A stretch of DNA of 64,000 nt, from positions 352,001 to 416,000 of the forward strand of contig CAVQFQ010000017.1 in assembly GCA_963711835.1 (NCBI GenBank), written 5' to 3'. This DNA is from an uncultured delta proteobacterium (GTDB taxonomy: Bacteria; Desulfobacterota; RBG-13-43-22). A program made the translations under genes and the position numbers. The stretch's first letter is position 1; each line of letters begins with the position of its first letter. The notes beneath the pieces were generated by a model. That model ran no database searches. It saw nothing but the letters and a program-made list of their open reading frames with translations, and was not told the DNA's origin. This document shows, piece after piece, positions 47,175-57,439 of this stretch.

Positions 47175-48142
47175 GGTTTGTCCCCTTTAATAAAAAACGG
47201 CCTCAAGACCCTGTTCAGGAGCGGCATGATCCCCCTGGGAAAAAAGAAAACCGCGAAGATCAGGACAAAGCCATAGATGACCATGTGCAGTCCGGGGCGG
47301 CCCACTTCGGCCAGATAAGCCCGGGTCCATTCGGCCGGCAAGGTGATTAAAAAGGAACCCACGATAGGGCCCAGCACGGTGCCCATTCCCCCAATGATCG
47401 GACGCAGGATTATTTCAATGGAGAGTCCCATGCTCATGACCCGGTCCGGGCTCAGATGGAAAATGCGGTTGGCATCAAAGGTGCCTCCCAGGGCGGTCAT
47501 AAACCCGCTCAGGGCAATGGCCCACATTTTGTATTTGAAGGTATTGACCCCCAGGCTTTCGGCGGCCTCCTCATCATCACGGATAGCCACCAGACAGCGG
47601 CCGAATTTTGAAACTTCCATGGTTCGAACGACCAGGACTGAAAATAAGAGCAAGCCCAGGGCAATATAGTAGTAGGGGATGTTTCCTTTAAACTGCATAT
47701 TCCAGAAACCCGGTTTATAATCGAGAAACAGGCCCATGAAAGAACCGAGACTATCCATATGCAGGGCGATCAGGCGGCCGATCTCGGCGAAGGAAATGGT
47801 AATCAGGACAAAATAAACACCCCGGAGACCGAAACGAAACCCCAGAAAGCCGATAAATAGACCGATAGCCATGGCGAAAAAGGCCCCGATGACCATCCCC
47901 ACCCAGGGAGTCAGCCCGAAAACGATAGCCAGGCGGGTGGAGGTATAGGCCCCGATACCGACATAAAGGGCATGACCCAGGGAAATGCTCCCCGTATAGC
48001 CGGTCAGGATATTCCAGCACTGCCCCAGATAGGCGTAGAAGAAGATCAGGATAAAAATCTCCAGCCAGTAATTACTGAGAAACTGGGGAAGGAATAGGAG
48101 GATGACCAGGAGGCCTCCCAGAAAAAAATAAAGGCGTTTCAT
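47171..48142 (-). CDS. livM: HAAT-family ABC permease (LivM-like)
   Basis: WNILTGYTGSISLGH, GIGAY, AIRDDEEAAESLGVN, IGGMGT; ATGA overlap with livH. Confidence 0.92.
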   Translation of the reverse strand: MKRLYFFLGGLLVILLFLPQFLSNYWLEIFILIFFYAYLGQCWNILTGYTGSISLGHALYVGIGAYTSTRLAIVFGLTPWVGMVIGAFFAMAIGLFIGFLGFRFGLRGVYFVLITISFAEIGRLIALHMDSLGSFMGLFLDYKPGFWNMQFKGNIPYYYIALGLLLFSVLVVRTMEVSKFGRCLVAIRDDEEAAESLGVNTFKYKMWAIALSGFMTALGGTFDANRIFHLSPDRVMSMGLSIEIILRPIIGGMGTVLGPIVGSFLITLPAEWTRAYLAEVGRPGLHMVIYGFVLIFAVFFFPRGIMPLLNRVLRPFFIKGDKP

Positions 48143-49008
48143 CCCTTGCCTCCGAAGAGGCCCTGAGGTCTGAAAAGCAGGATAACGACCATAATAGTGA
48201 AACTGACCACCTGTTTCATGGAACTGGGCAGGAAGACCGTTCCCAGAGATTCGGCCACCCCGATGATCAAGCCCCCGACCAGGGCTCCGACCAGGCTGCC
48301 CATACCCCCCAGGATGACAATGACGAAGGAGACCATGGTGTAGGGGGCGCCCATGGTGGCCTTGGCCGGCATAAGCGGCACCAGCAGGGCGCCGGCCGCA
48401 CCGACACAGGCCGCCCCGATGCCGAAGCAAATCCCGTAAATTCGGTTGATATGGGTGCCGATGATCAAGGCCCCGAAGCGGTTGTCGGCCGCGGCCCGGA
48501 TCGCTTTGCCGATGCTGGTTTTTTTTAAGAAAACCATGACCATCAGGGTGATCAGAATGGCCAGACAAAAAGCGATCAGCCGGGGGAGATCTATGGTGAT
48601 GCCGCCCAACTGGAGCGAGGACAGGGCCAGGCTGGTCTTGGGGCTGATATCGCTGCCTCCCCAGATCATCAGGGTCCCGTTTTCAAAAATAATGCCCAGG
48701 CCCACCAGGACCAGGACCTGCATGGCCTCCGGCAGTTCCAGAATGCGGTTGACAAAAATCCGCTGGACCAGATAGCCGATGCCGAACATGATCGCCGCCA
48801 CGATCACCAGGGAAAGATAGGGATCCATCCCTAACCAGAGCAGCAAGGTGATGGAAATGAACATGGCAAAGACCATCATCTCGCCATGGGCGAAATTGAT
48901 GACCCGCATGACCCCGAAAATAAGGGAGAGGCCTAAGGCGATCAGGCCGTAGACCCCTCCCATTAGAAAGCCCTGGATAGCCAGTTGGAGGACTAACTCA
49001 GGATTCAT
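48139..49008 (-). CDS. livH: HAAT-family ABC permease (LivH-like)
   Basis: ALGLSLIFGVMRVINFAHG, GKAIRA, LGGMGS, RPQGLFG. Confidence 0.93.
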   Translation of the reverse strand: MNPELVLQLAIQGFLMGGVYGLIALGLSLIFGVMRVINFAHGEMMVFAMFISITLLLWLGMDPYLSLVIVAAIMFGIGYLVQRIFVNRILELPEAMQVLVLVGLGIIFENGTLMIWGGSDISPKTSLALSSLQLGGITIDLPRLIAFCLAILITLMVMVFLKKTSIGKAIRAAADNRFGALIIGTHINRIYGICFGIGAACVGAAGALLVPLMPAKATMGAPYTMVSFVIVILGGMGSLVGALVGGLIIGVAESLGTVFLPSSMKQVVSFTIMVVILLFRPQGLFGGKG

Positions 49009-49014
49009 CCATTT

Positions 49015-50298
49015 TTACCCGCGATCCCAGAGTTGCTTCCAGGGAAAGACATAAGGGGCTTCGGCGGCTTCTTTCGGCAGAACGACCTTAACCCGGTCGT
49101 CCATTTTGGGGTCCGGCAGGACCTGGACCATGGCCGTGGCGGCATGGATATTATCGCCCTTTTCATCAAAGACTACCGGTCCGCCGACCATGGGGTTGTC
49201 TTTAAAGTTGGTCTTCCTCAGGGCCTCCCTCAAAGCGTCCGGTGAGGTTGATTTGGCCCGTTCCAGGGCGTCGGCAATGACCAATACGCCTAAATAGGCA
49301 TAGCCTGAATTGGTATCGAGATATTTTCCGGGATAGGCTTTCTGGAACTGGGCATCGGCCTCTTTAAATTTAGGGCTTTTGGGATTGACCCAGGGCACGT
49401 TATCCAAAACATAGTAGGCCAGCTTGTCCATATCGCGGACGAATTCCGGTTCATACCAGCCCGGGCTGCCGGGGCTGATGATGCCCAGCAACTCAACCCG
49501 CTGTTTGTAGAGCTCCCTGATCAGCAGCTTGGCGTCCCCGGGCCGGGCAACAGGACATAACAGATCCGGTTTGGCCGCCTTGATCTTGGCCACTTCGGCC
49601 GATAAGTCCTTAACCCCCAGGGGATATTCGATGTGTTCAACGATCTCATAAGGAAGTTTATTATCCTTCACGTATTTAATGAAGGCCGCCCCCTGGCCGC
49701 GACCAAAGGCATCCCCGGCATTGGTCACGGCTATCCGTTTTATGCTGACCTTTTTTTCCTTGATGATCAGATCCAAGTACTTGGCCATGCTGGTCATGAA
49801 ATACTCGGTTTTGGCGAAGCAGCGGAAGACATTCTTATAACCCTTTGCTGTAATTGCGTCCAAGGCCGCAACATCGATTACGAAGGGAATGTTTCGCTGT
49901 TCGGCCAGGGTGGCGATGGCCATGGCTACTCCGCTCAGAAAAGGACCGACCAGGCAGACCGCCCCCTCCTTGAGTTGCCTTTCGGCCACGGTCCGGCCGA
50001 CCTCTTCTTTGGCTTCGTTGTCTCCCAATAGAAGCTTTAACTTGGCCCCGCCCATGGACTTGATGCCACCCTTGGCATTGATTTCATCCACCGCCAGCTT
50101 ATTCCCCCGCTGCATGGAAATGCCGATGTCCGGCAGGGGTCCGGTGACCGGTTGGATGGAGCCGATGATGATCTCCTTGGGTTGGGCCTTCAGGATGGCC
50201 GGAAAACCGGTGATGGTGGCCGCTGCACCCAGGGCGGCTGACGTTTTGATAAAAGTCCTGCGGTTCATTCCTTTGGTTTCTTCCTTGATCGCTTCCAT
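49015..50298 (-). CDS. Liv-type periplasmic substrate-binding protein with a Tat signal
   Basis: NRRTFIK twin-arginine motif; AVDEINAKGGI; type I periplasmic binding fold pattern. Confidence 0.9.
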   Translation of the reverse strand: MEAIKEETKGMNRRTFIKTSAALGAAATITGFPAILKAQPKEIIIGSIQPVTGPLPDIGISMQRGNKLAVDEINAKGGIKSMGGAKLKLLLGDNEAKEEVGRTVAERQLKEGAVCLVGPFLSGVAMAIATLAEQRNIPFVIDVAALDAITAKGYKNVFRCFAKTEYFMTSMAKYLDLIIKEKKVSIKRIAVTNAGDAFGRGQGAAFIKYVKDNKLPYEIVEHIEYPLGVKDLSAEVAKIKAAKPDLLCPVARPGDAKLLIRELYKQRVELLGIISPGSPGWYEPEFVRDMDKLAYYVLDNVPWVNPKSPKFKEADAQFQKAYPGKYLDTNSGYAYLGVLVIADALERAKSTSPDALREALRKTNFKDNPMVGGPVVFDEKGDNIHAATAMVQVLPDPKMDDRVKVVLPKEAAEAPYVFPWKQLWDRG

Positions 50299-50472
50299 AC
50301 GCTCCTCCTTGATTAAAGTTTACACCCTGATTTTTCCGGCGATTTCCTCACCGGCTGGTCTTGCCGAATCTCTTTCTCCTCCCCCATCAGCCGCAGGGAA
50401 GGCCGGAAAATCCCCAATCGGATCCCACCTTATAGCATAGGAAGAAGGGCTTCTTCAACAATGAAAGCACTC

Positions 50473-51771
50473 TTAGAAGCCCCCGGGCAGCTCAGGCAAA
50501 ATAACGCCGCCCGAGGGAACCACCTGGACCTCGGGCTGAGGACAGAACCGGGCGCTGATGGCAAAGGCCTCTTTCAGATTTTCCGCAAAATGAAAGCCCA
50601 TCCTCTGGGCTGTTTCCCTCGGAATGTCCTCGGAAAGGAGGATGGTCTTGAATTTATCCTGGACGGCCAGGGTCATGGCCAGGGCCATATTAAAATCAAT
50701 GGCCCCCTCGGGCATGATCAGGCGTTTTCGATTAAAATGCTCCAGGACCCCTTTCAGAAGCTGATTCTTATAGCGGGCGTGAAACCGTTCGAAAGCGGCA
50801 ATAAAGGCCTCGGGAAGATTCCCGCTGCAATCAGCGGCCAGGATAATGCATCCTCCTTCACGCGTTATGAGGGAGGCCGGGGCCAAGGGTTTTACGATCT
50901 GGGGACCTTCCTTATAAGGAAAAGAAGTGATCAGGGTCAGATCCCCTTTTTTCAAAAATCGTTGGCTGGTGATCTTTTGGCAGGTTTTGATCCCGGCCAG
51001 ATGGGCCTGAACAGGGTCCCCGGCTACTACATCATAAACCTGGTCGTTCTGGTCTAAAACACTATTGACGATAAAATCAAGCCCGGCTGACCGGGCTATG
51101 AAACAGACCTCTTCATAGAACCGATTCCTTTCGATTTTTCCCAGACCTGTTCCTTCATGAAAGGTATAGGTCAGATGATGATCCAGGATGGCCTCGAAAT
51201 CGGCGACCCCGGGAAAGAGGATTTTTCCCCCGCCGCCGAAGCCGTTCATGGGATGAGGGAAGATGGACCCCAGACCGATTCGGAAGCCGGCCTGCCGCAC
51301 CAGCCGGTTGATCTTCACTTCCCGGCCGGTCTTTAACCGGGCGGCCGGCACCAGATCCGGAGCCCGGCAATCGTGATTGCTTATTTTATAACGCCTGAGT
51401 AAATCCCGACCAAAGGTGGCTTCCATTTCCTCGGAAGTCAAACCGCGGTGGGTGCCCAGGGCCAGAACAATGGAGATCCGGTCCTCAGGAAGACCGGCCT
51501 CAGCCAGCTCCTCTAAGAGGACCTTCAGGATCAAGGCCTTCGGGGACGGGCGGGTCAGGTCCTCGACCAGAATCGCAACCTTTTCCTCAGGGGGAAGGCT
51601 TTCCTTTAGGGGCAAGGCATTGATAGGCTTTCTCAAGGCCCGCCGGACAAGTTCGCCGACAGCCCTTTCTTCCGCCTTTCCGGTAAAACCGGCGAAGGTT
51701 AGAAGCTTCCAATCCGAAGGAAGCTGAAAGTGATGCCGTTTATGGCCATAGTTGATAAAAAGGTGTTCCAT
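50473..51771 (-). CDS. LarA-family nickel-pincer 2-hydroxy-acid racemase/epimerase
   Basis: DLTRP, ALGTHR, NHD, PHPMNGFGGGGKILFPG. Confidence 0.83.
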   Translation of the reverse strand: MEHLFINYGHKRHHFQLPSDWKLLTFAGFTGKAEERAVGELVRRALRKPINALPLKESLPPEEKVAILVEDLTRPSPKALILKVLLEELAEAGLPEDRISIVLALGTHRGLTSEEMEATFGRDLLRRYKISNHDCRAPDLVPAARLKTGREVKINRLVRQAGFRIGLGSIFPHPMNGFGGGGKILFPGVADFEAILDHHLTYTFHEGTGLGKIERNRFYEEVCFIARSAGLDFIVNSVLDQNDQVYDVVAGDPVQAHLAGIKTCQKITSQRFLKKGDLTLITSFPYKEGPQIVKPLAPASLITREGGCIILAADCSGNLPEAFIAAFERFHARYKNQLLKGVLEHFNRKRLIMPEGAIDFNMALAMTLAVQDKFKTILLSEDIPRETAQRMGFHFAENLKEAFAISARFCPQPEVQVVPSGGVILPELPGGF

Positions 51772-51775
51772 GCCC

Positions 51776-52516
51776 CTAAACCCCTTGTTCCAGGATCCTT
51801 TTGATTTCCGGTCCCTGCCGCTGATAGAGGTCATCAATCTGTTCTTTTAAGGAGGCCCGGATTTCCCGAAGAGGAGGCAGCGGGTCTAAGGAAGGGATCC
51901 CCGCCTGGGAAAGGTCAAGAGGCCGGAGGAGTAATTTTTTTTCCAATTCCGGCACGGCCCTGGGATCCGTATTCTGACCCAGGACCCCTTTGAGATCGTC
52001 GCTATTTTCAATGGCTTTAGTAAGAGATAAAATCTCGGCCAGGTTGTAACAGCCATTAAATTTTCCCAGATCCTCGTTGAATAAACCCACCCCCTTCTGA
52101 AGCGTTTTAAATTCCTCATGGATCGAACCTGCCTTGATAACCGCCGCATCATACAAGGTCATAATCAGCTTCTTATAGCGTCCCCGGCGCGTCAAGGCCA
52201 GGGGAGGCCTGCCGGTCCCGGCCGCCTGATGGGTCGGGCCCTGGCGGTCCGCTTCCTCCAGGGGTCCAATCAGATCTTCCCGGTTAATCAGACTTAAAAA
52301 AGCCCGGCCGGCCTCGCCCCCGGTCAATAAGCGGTAGATCCTGAGCAGCAGGGGCCGGACCTCCTGTTCCCAGGACCGTTGCAGTTTTTCCCCCCTTCGA
52401 ATCAGGTCCTCCCGTTCTTCTTCCAGGTCCTTTCGGCCTCCGAAATAGTTTTCGGCTATTTCCTTTTTGACCTGATAGGCTAAAGCTGCCGCGATGTCGC
52501 CGACTTCAGGGGACAT
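51776..52516 (-). CDS. Hypothetical helical protein
   Basis: 246-aa ORF tightly packed in the minus-strand run. Confidence 0.7.
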   Translation of the reverse strand: MSPEVGDIAAALAYQVKKEIAENYFGGRKDLEEEREDLIRRGEKLQRSWEQEVRPLLLRIYRLLTGGEAGRAFLSLINREDLIGPLEEADRQGPTHQAAGTGRPPLALTRRGRYKKLIMTLYDAAVIKAGSIHEEFKTLQKGVGLFNEDLGKFNGCYNLAEILSLTKAIENSDDLKGVLGQNTDPRAVPELEKKLLLRPLDLSQAGIPSLDPLPPLREIRASLKEQIDDLYQRQGPEIKRILEQGV

Positions 52517-52519
52517 AAA

Positions 52520-53524
52520 TTATTCCTGGGTCCTCGGCAACCCAGCCAACGACAGCCCTTCCTTCCAAAGCACCAGGAGGCCCATCCCGGTCATGGGGAT
52601 AAAGTTGGTCAACCAGAGGACCATGGCAAAGCTTTTGGCCAGGTTGGGTTCCACCCCCAGGAAGAGCAGGCCGGCGGCACAGGCCCAGTGATAGGTGCCG
52701 ATAAAACCCGGGGCGGAAGGAATGCTGACCCCGAAAACCAAAATAGTCTCTACAAAAAAAGCCGATAATAAAGAAAGCTTCAGATGAAAGCCCAGATAGA
52801 GCAGGTAGATGGAGAAAGAAAGAACGCCCCAGAGTAGAAAGGAATAGAGGATGATGATAAGGATGTCCTTATCTTTTTTCAAGACCTCAAGACCGCTGAC
52901 AAAGGAATGGATCTTTTCCCAGACGGGCCGGGAAATACGCTGGGGCAATCGTTCCAGGAAAAATCCGATCAGCCGCCTGGCCTGGTCATTCTGAAACCGC
53001 AACAGGAGCAGGATCGTCAGGATCAGGGCATAGAAAAGGAAGCTGAGAAACCCGATCATCTTAAGGGTCTCCGGGGTAATCATCCGGCTCCGGTCCTGGG
53101 GCGGGAAGGGCATGAAGAGAAGGACCATAAAAAATAAGAACAAGATGGTGAAGCCGTCAAACAAACGCTCCACCACGATGGTGGCCAAAGAGGCGGTCCG
53201 GCTGATCCGGGCCCGGCTGCCCAGGAGATAGGCCCTGACGATTTCGCCGATCCGGGCCGGGAGGAGGTTGTTGGCCATAAAGCCGATGGCCGTGGCTTTA
53301 TAAAGTTCGTTGAGAGGCACTTTCTTGATGGGCCGCAACAGAACCCCCCAGCGGATGGCTCTTATCCAGAGGGTCAGGATATTAATGGCCATCAAAAGCA
53401 GGGTATAACGGTAATCAACGCTTTCGAAGATGGCCCACATGGCGCCGAGGTCGGTCTTCCTGAAAAAAAGTATCAGGAAAATCAGACTCACGGCCAGTCC
53501 AATCCAATAGCTCTGTTTTTTCAT
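52520..53524 (-). CDS. Lysylphosphatidylglycerol-synthase TM / AglD2-like flippase-domain protein (UPF0104)
   Basis: RAIRW, NNLLPARIGE, ERLFD, PSAPGFIG. Confidence 0.88.
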   Translation of the reverse strand: MKKQSYWIGLAVSLIFLILFFRKTDLGAMWAIFESVDYRYTLLLMAINILTLWIRAIRWGVLLRPIKKVPLNELYKATAIGFMANNLLPARIGEIVRAYLLGSRARISRTASLATIVVERLFDGFTILFLFFMVLLFMPFPPQDRSRMITPETLKMIGFLSFLFYALILTILLLLRFQNDQARRLIGFFLERLPQRISRPVWEKIHSFVSGLEVLKKDKDILIIILYSFLLWGVLSFSIYLLYLGFHLKLSLLSAFFVETILVFGVSIPSAPGFIGTYHWACAAGLLFLGVEPNLAKSFAMVLWLTNFIPMTGMGLLVLWKEGLSLAGLPRTQE

Positions 53525-53627
53525 CGGGGTATCCGACAGCCAGGATGCTTCGGACTTAAAAGTCCGGTGTTTAAGACCGGGGAGGGGAAACCTGGGGCGG
53601 GAAGAAAAAGAATTTTTCCGCATCCGG

Positions 53628-54767
53628 TTAATGACCCAGGGACAGGCGCCTCACCCGGCCGCAAACCGTTTCAATCTGATCCTGGGATAGGGTCAAGCCG
53701 GAAGGCAGATAAAGCCCTTGCTCGGCAAGTCTCTCCGCAACCGGGAAGGGTCCAAAGCATCGGGCCTTCAGAGCCCCCCCCTGGAAAAGAGGCTGGCGAT
53801 GCATGGGTATAAAAAAAGAACGGGTTTCAACGCCTCTTTCCAACAACCGGACCATGAGCTGATCTCGGGACAACCCAAAGGCCGGATCAATCAGGATCCC
53901 ATACATCCAGTAGACATTCTTGGCCCAGGGTTTCTCGATGGGCAAGGTTAAGCCAGGAATCCCCTTTAACCCTGACCGGTAATGCCGGGCCATCCGGCGT
54001 TTCTTCCGGATATGACTGGTGATCTTTTTTAGCTGGGCCACTCCGATAGCCGCCTGCAGATTGGTCAAGCGGTAATTGAAACCCAGCTCGGAATGCAGAA
54101 AGCGTCGGCCGGGGATATGGGAAAGGTCTTTCAGAGAGCGGGCCCTTTCGGCCAGGGCCGGGTCATCGGTCACCACCATACCGCCCTCTCCGGTGGTGAT
54201 GATCTTGTTGGCATAGAAGCTGAAACAGCCCAGGTGGCCCAGGCTGCCGCATTTTTTCCCTTTGTATTCGGCCCCATGGGCTTCGGCCGCATCCTCGATC
54301 AGGAGCAGGTTATATTTTTTCGCCAGGTCCAGCAGAGGATCCATATCGACCGGATGGCCGTACATATGAACCGGGATAATCGCCTTGACTTTAAGCTTGC
54401 CCCTTTTCCCCTGCCGTTGGAGATAGGCGGCCGCCCGGTCCGGATTGATATTAAAGGTTTCCGGCTCCGAATCGATAAAGACCGGGGCGGCCCCGCAGTA
54501 GCAGACCGCAAAGGCCGTGGCGGCCATGGTAAAGGTGGGCAGCAAAACCTCATCCCCTGGCCCCACCCCCGCGGCCGCCAGGGCCAGGTGCAGGGCCGTG
54601 GTACCGCTGGTGGTGCTGATGCCAAAGCGCACCCCGCAGTAGCGGGCGAATTGCTCTTCAAAGATCCTCAGGTACTTGCCCTGGGAAGATATCCAGTTTG
54701 TTTTTAGGCAGGAAGCGACCTTGCGCCCTTCCTCTCGGCCCAGTAAGGGTTCGTTGACCCGGATCAT
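53628..54767 (-). CDS. DegT/DnrJ aminotransferase (perosamine synthase-like) 1
   Basis: WISSQG, SGTTALH, EDAAEAHG, SFYANKIITTGEGG, GFNYR. Confidence 0.92.
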   Translation of the reverse strand: MIRVNEPLLGREEGRKVASCLKTNWISSQGKYLRIFEEQFARYCGVRFGISTTSGTTALHLALAAAGVGPGDEVLLPTFTMAATAFAVCYCGAAPVFIDSEPETFNINPDRAAAYLQRQGKRGKLKVKAIIPVHMYGHPVDMDPLLDLAKKYNLLLIEDAAEAHGAEYKGKKCGSLGHLGCFSFYANKIITTGEGGMVVTDDPALAERARSLKDLSHIPGRRFLHSELGFNYRLTNLQAAIGVAQLKKITSHIRKKRRMARHYRSGLKGIPGLTLPIEKPWAKNVYWMYGILIDPAFGLSRDQLMVRLLERGVETRSFFIPMHRQPLFQGGALKARCFGPFPVAERLAEQGLYLPSGLTLSQDQIETVCGRVRRLSLGH

Positions 54768-55174
54768 GTCGGTCCGAAAAACTCCTTATCTTCCACCCCG
54801 GCATAGGGACCCTGTTTAACCTCCAGAATTTTACTGGGGGTCAGGATTTTGATGCCGTGGCCGCCGTAAGCCAGGAGGATGGTATCTCCCTGGTTCAGGA
54901 TGCGGGAGGTGAGATAGTGCTTGTTTTCATCGTAGAGGGTGATCTCAAGGCTTCCCTCAATGATGTGCAGCACCTCCTGGGTAACCCGCACATCCCGGGC
55001 AATCACTTTGTGGATATGGGGAGAAACCGAATGGCCCGGCGGATGGACGATGATCCCGAGCTGTTGAGAAAACTCAAAGGGGCTGAAAAAATGGACGCCC
55101 GTTTCGGCGAATGCTTTTCTGACGATAATAGCAATGGGTTTATCGTCGCCCTGAATACGCTCAACTGTTTCCAT
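54764..55174 (-). CDS. Cupin-fold protein (WbuC-like, sugar-nucleotide cluster)
   Basis: QQLG, PHIH, QEVL, GGHG, EVKQGPY. Confidence 0.78.
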   Translation of the reverse strand: METVERIQGDDKPIAIIVRKAFAETGVHFFSPFEFSQQLGIIVHPPGHSVSPHIHKVIARDVRVTQEVLHIIEGSLEITLYDENKHYLTSRILNQGDTILLAYGGHGIKILTPSKILEVKQGPYAGVEDKEFFGPT

Positions 55175-55362
55175 CCTTCTCTCCATTAATACGCCGATTA
55201 AAAAGACCTTTCTGTCTTTGGCGGTCCGACCCAATGGCTATCAGGGTCTTCATGAGCAGCCGGTCAAATCGGACCTGGTCGGCCTTCTGTTCCTTGCGGC
55301 CCAAACGACCTCGATGCCCCGGCCGCTGGGCAGGATAACCCGGGCTCAAAAGCGAACCGGGG

Positions 55363-56424
55363 TTACATCCGCATGGCCCGGGTCAGTATATTCATATCAT
55401 TGGGATAGTTAAGGGCATCCCAGGGGAATATTTCCCCCTTTTGCCAGCGCTGCCAGCGCTGCAGGTCTTCCTCGACCATAATCCGGACCAATTCCTTAAA
55501 GCGCACCTCGGGTTTCCAGCCCAATTTTTTACGGGCCTTCGAATAATCCCCTTGGAGGAAATTCACATCAATGGGCCGTAAAAAGCGTTTGTCCTTTTTG
55601 ACATATTTTTTCCAGTTCAGGCCGACCACCTCAAAGGCCTGTTGCACAAACTCTTCCACCGAATGGGATTCATTAGTGGCCACCACATAATCATCAGGTT
55701 TCGAATGCTGCAGCATCAGCCACATGGATTTTACGTAATCTCCGGCAAAACCCCAATCCCTTTTGGTCGAGAGGTTGCCCAGACACAATTCCTTTTCCAA
55801 GCCGATGGCAATCTTGGCCACCGTATTGGTAATCTTTCGAGTCACAAACTCCAGACCTCGCAGAGGGGATTCGTGATTGAAAAGTATACCGTTGACGGCA
55901 AAAATACCATAACCTTCGCGATAGATCTTGGTAATCCAGTAGCCGTAGATTTTGGCCGCCGCATAAGGGCTGGCCGGCTGAAAGGGCGAGGATTCATTCA
56001 GGAGTTTTTTCCCGTGGTTGCCGTATAATTCGCTGGTGGAAGCCTGGTAAAATTTGATCTTGGGATTGACCTGGCGAATCACTTCCAGAATGCGGGGCAC
56101 GGCCAGGCCGGAAACATTGGCCGTGCTCATCGGTTCTTCAAAGGAAGCGCCCACAAAACTCTGGGCCGCCAAGTTGTACACTTCATCGGGCTGGGAACTG
56201 ATGATCGCTTCGGTTATGGAGGCCGTATCAATTAATTCCACAGGAATCAGACTGATCTTGTCAAAAATATTCAAGGACTGCATCCGCCAGAAATTCGGAG
56301 TGGACAGTCTCCGGAAGGTCCCAAAAACCTGATAGTCTCTCTCCAAGAGAAACCTGGCCAGGTAGGCTCCGTCTTGTCCGGTTACCCCTGTAATTAAAAC
56401 GCGTTTTTTGATGGGTTTATTCAT
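55363..56424 (-). CDS. gmd: GDP-mannose 4,6-dehydratase
   Basis: ITGVTGQDGAYL, NLAAQSFV, YQASTSELYG, SPYAAAK, NHESPLRG, FVTRKI. Confidence 0.95.
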   Translation of the reverse strand: MNKPIKKRVLITGVTGQDGAYLARFLLERDYQVFGTFRRLSTPNFWRMQSLNIFDKISLIPVELIDTASITEAIISSQPDEVYNLAAQSFVGASFEEPMSTANVSGLAVPRILEVIRQVNPKIKFYQASTSELYGNHGKKLLNESSPFQPASPYAAAKIYGYWITKIYREGYGIFAVNGILFNHESPLRGLEFVTRKITNTVAKIAIGLEKELCLGNLSTKRDWGFAGDYVKSMWLMLQHSKPDDYVVATNESHSVEEFVQQAFEVVGLNWKKYVKKDKRFLRPIDVNFLQGDYSKARKKLGWKPEVRFKELVRIMVEEDLQRWQRWQKGEIFPWDALNYPNDMNILTRAMRM

Positions 56425-56553
56425 GAAGCTTTCCTTTCTTTATTCCGAGCTCCCCCCGGACGGTCTTGGTCTTGGGCCGACCGTTTTCTTAATTCCCGTC
56501 CCGGTTGAGGGCACCCATCGGCCAGGCCGGCAGTGCCGGCATGTAAGCGGGGC

Positions 56554-57258
56554 TCAAAACCCAAGCCGCAACCTGACGATGGTAGCCAGGTATTTTCTTC
56601 CCCGGGAAAGATATCCCCAGAGATGGGTGGCTGTTTTGGATTCGCCGGAGCGTCGTGGCAGGCACCGGTAAGGAATTTCCTTGATCCGATATCCCCGTTT
56701 ATAAGCCCGGTAAATAAGGTCAATAAAATACTCGCCGTAATCTCCCCGTAAGGGAAGGGCCTCGAGTACTTCGCGGCGAGCGCCGATATAGCCGCTGGTA
56801 TAATCTTTGATAGCGGGGCTTAGAACCCAGGAGGATAGGGCGCAGATAACCCGGCTCAAAAATGAACCCAAAGGGGAATGCCCCCGCTCTTCACCCCCGG
56901 TGATATAACGAGAGGCCATGGCGATATCATGGTCGTCCAAGGCCCGCAACAGTTCAGGGATCTTATCCGGGGGCATGGAGAAATCGCAATCCATCCAGAA
57001 GATGGTCTCGCCTTGCGATAAGTGTATACCTTCCTGCAAGGCGGAAGTCAAACCCTTCCGCCCGATCCGCCTCAGCAGCCGGACCCTCGCGTCCTGCCGT
57101 CCAAAGGCCTCCACCGCCTCCCAGGTCCGGTCAGGAGAATCATCATCGACCACAAGGATCTCGGTCTCCCGGGGAACATAAGATAGGATCTCCTCAATCA
57201 GAGGGATGATATTATCGGCTTCATTGTAGGTTGGGAGGACGACGGATACCTTGACCAT
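56554..57258 (-). CDS. GT2 polyprenol-phosphate glycosyltransferase (DPM1-like)
   Basis: LPTYNE, VVDDDSPD, MDCDFS, DYTSG, RRSGESK. Confidence 0.9.
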   Translation of the reverse strand: MVKVSVVLPTYNEADNIIPLIEEILSYVPRETEILVVDDDSPDRTWEAVEAFGRQDARVRLLRRIGRKGLTSALQEGIHLSQGETIFWMDCDFSMPPDKIPELLRALDDHDIAMASRYITGGEERGHSPLGSFLSRVICALSSWVLSPAIKDYTSGYIGARREVLEALPLRGDYGEYFIDLIYRAYKRGYRIKEIPYRCLPRRSGESKTATHLWGYLSRGRKYLATIVRLRLGF

Positions 57259-57410
57259 ACCTTGGGGCCCCTAGTGAAACGCTCCTCAAACCCGGCCTGT
57301 CCGGGCAATCCTTTAGCCTTCATCAGATAACCCTGCCAGGATGCCAAGCGGCCCCTCATTTTCAGGGGATCATCACCTTTGATTGGGATGCGCTGTCAGG
57401 GATAATTTTA

Positions 57411-57437
57411 GGGACAAACTCTAATTTTAGAGGCAGC
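57411..57437. repeat. Solo end of the outer MITE-like family
   Basis: Reverse complement GCTGCCTCTAAAATTAGAGTTTGTCCC matches 42698-42725. Confidence 0.55.
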
Positions 57438-57439
57438 TT

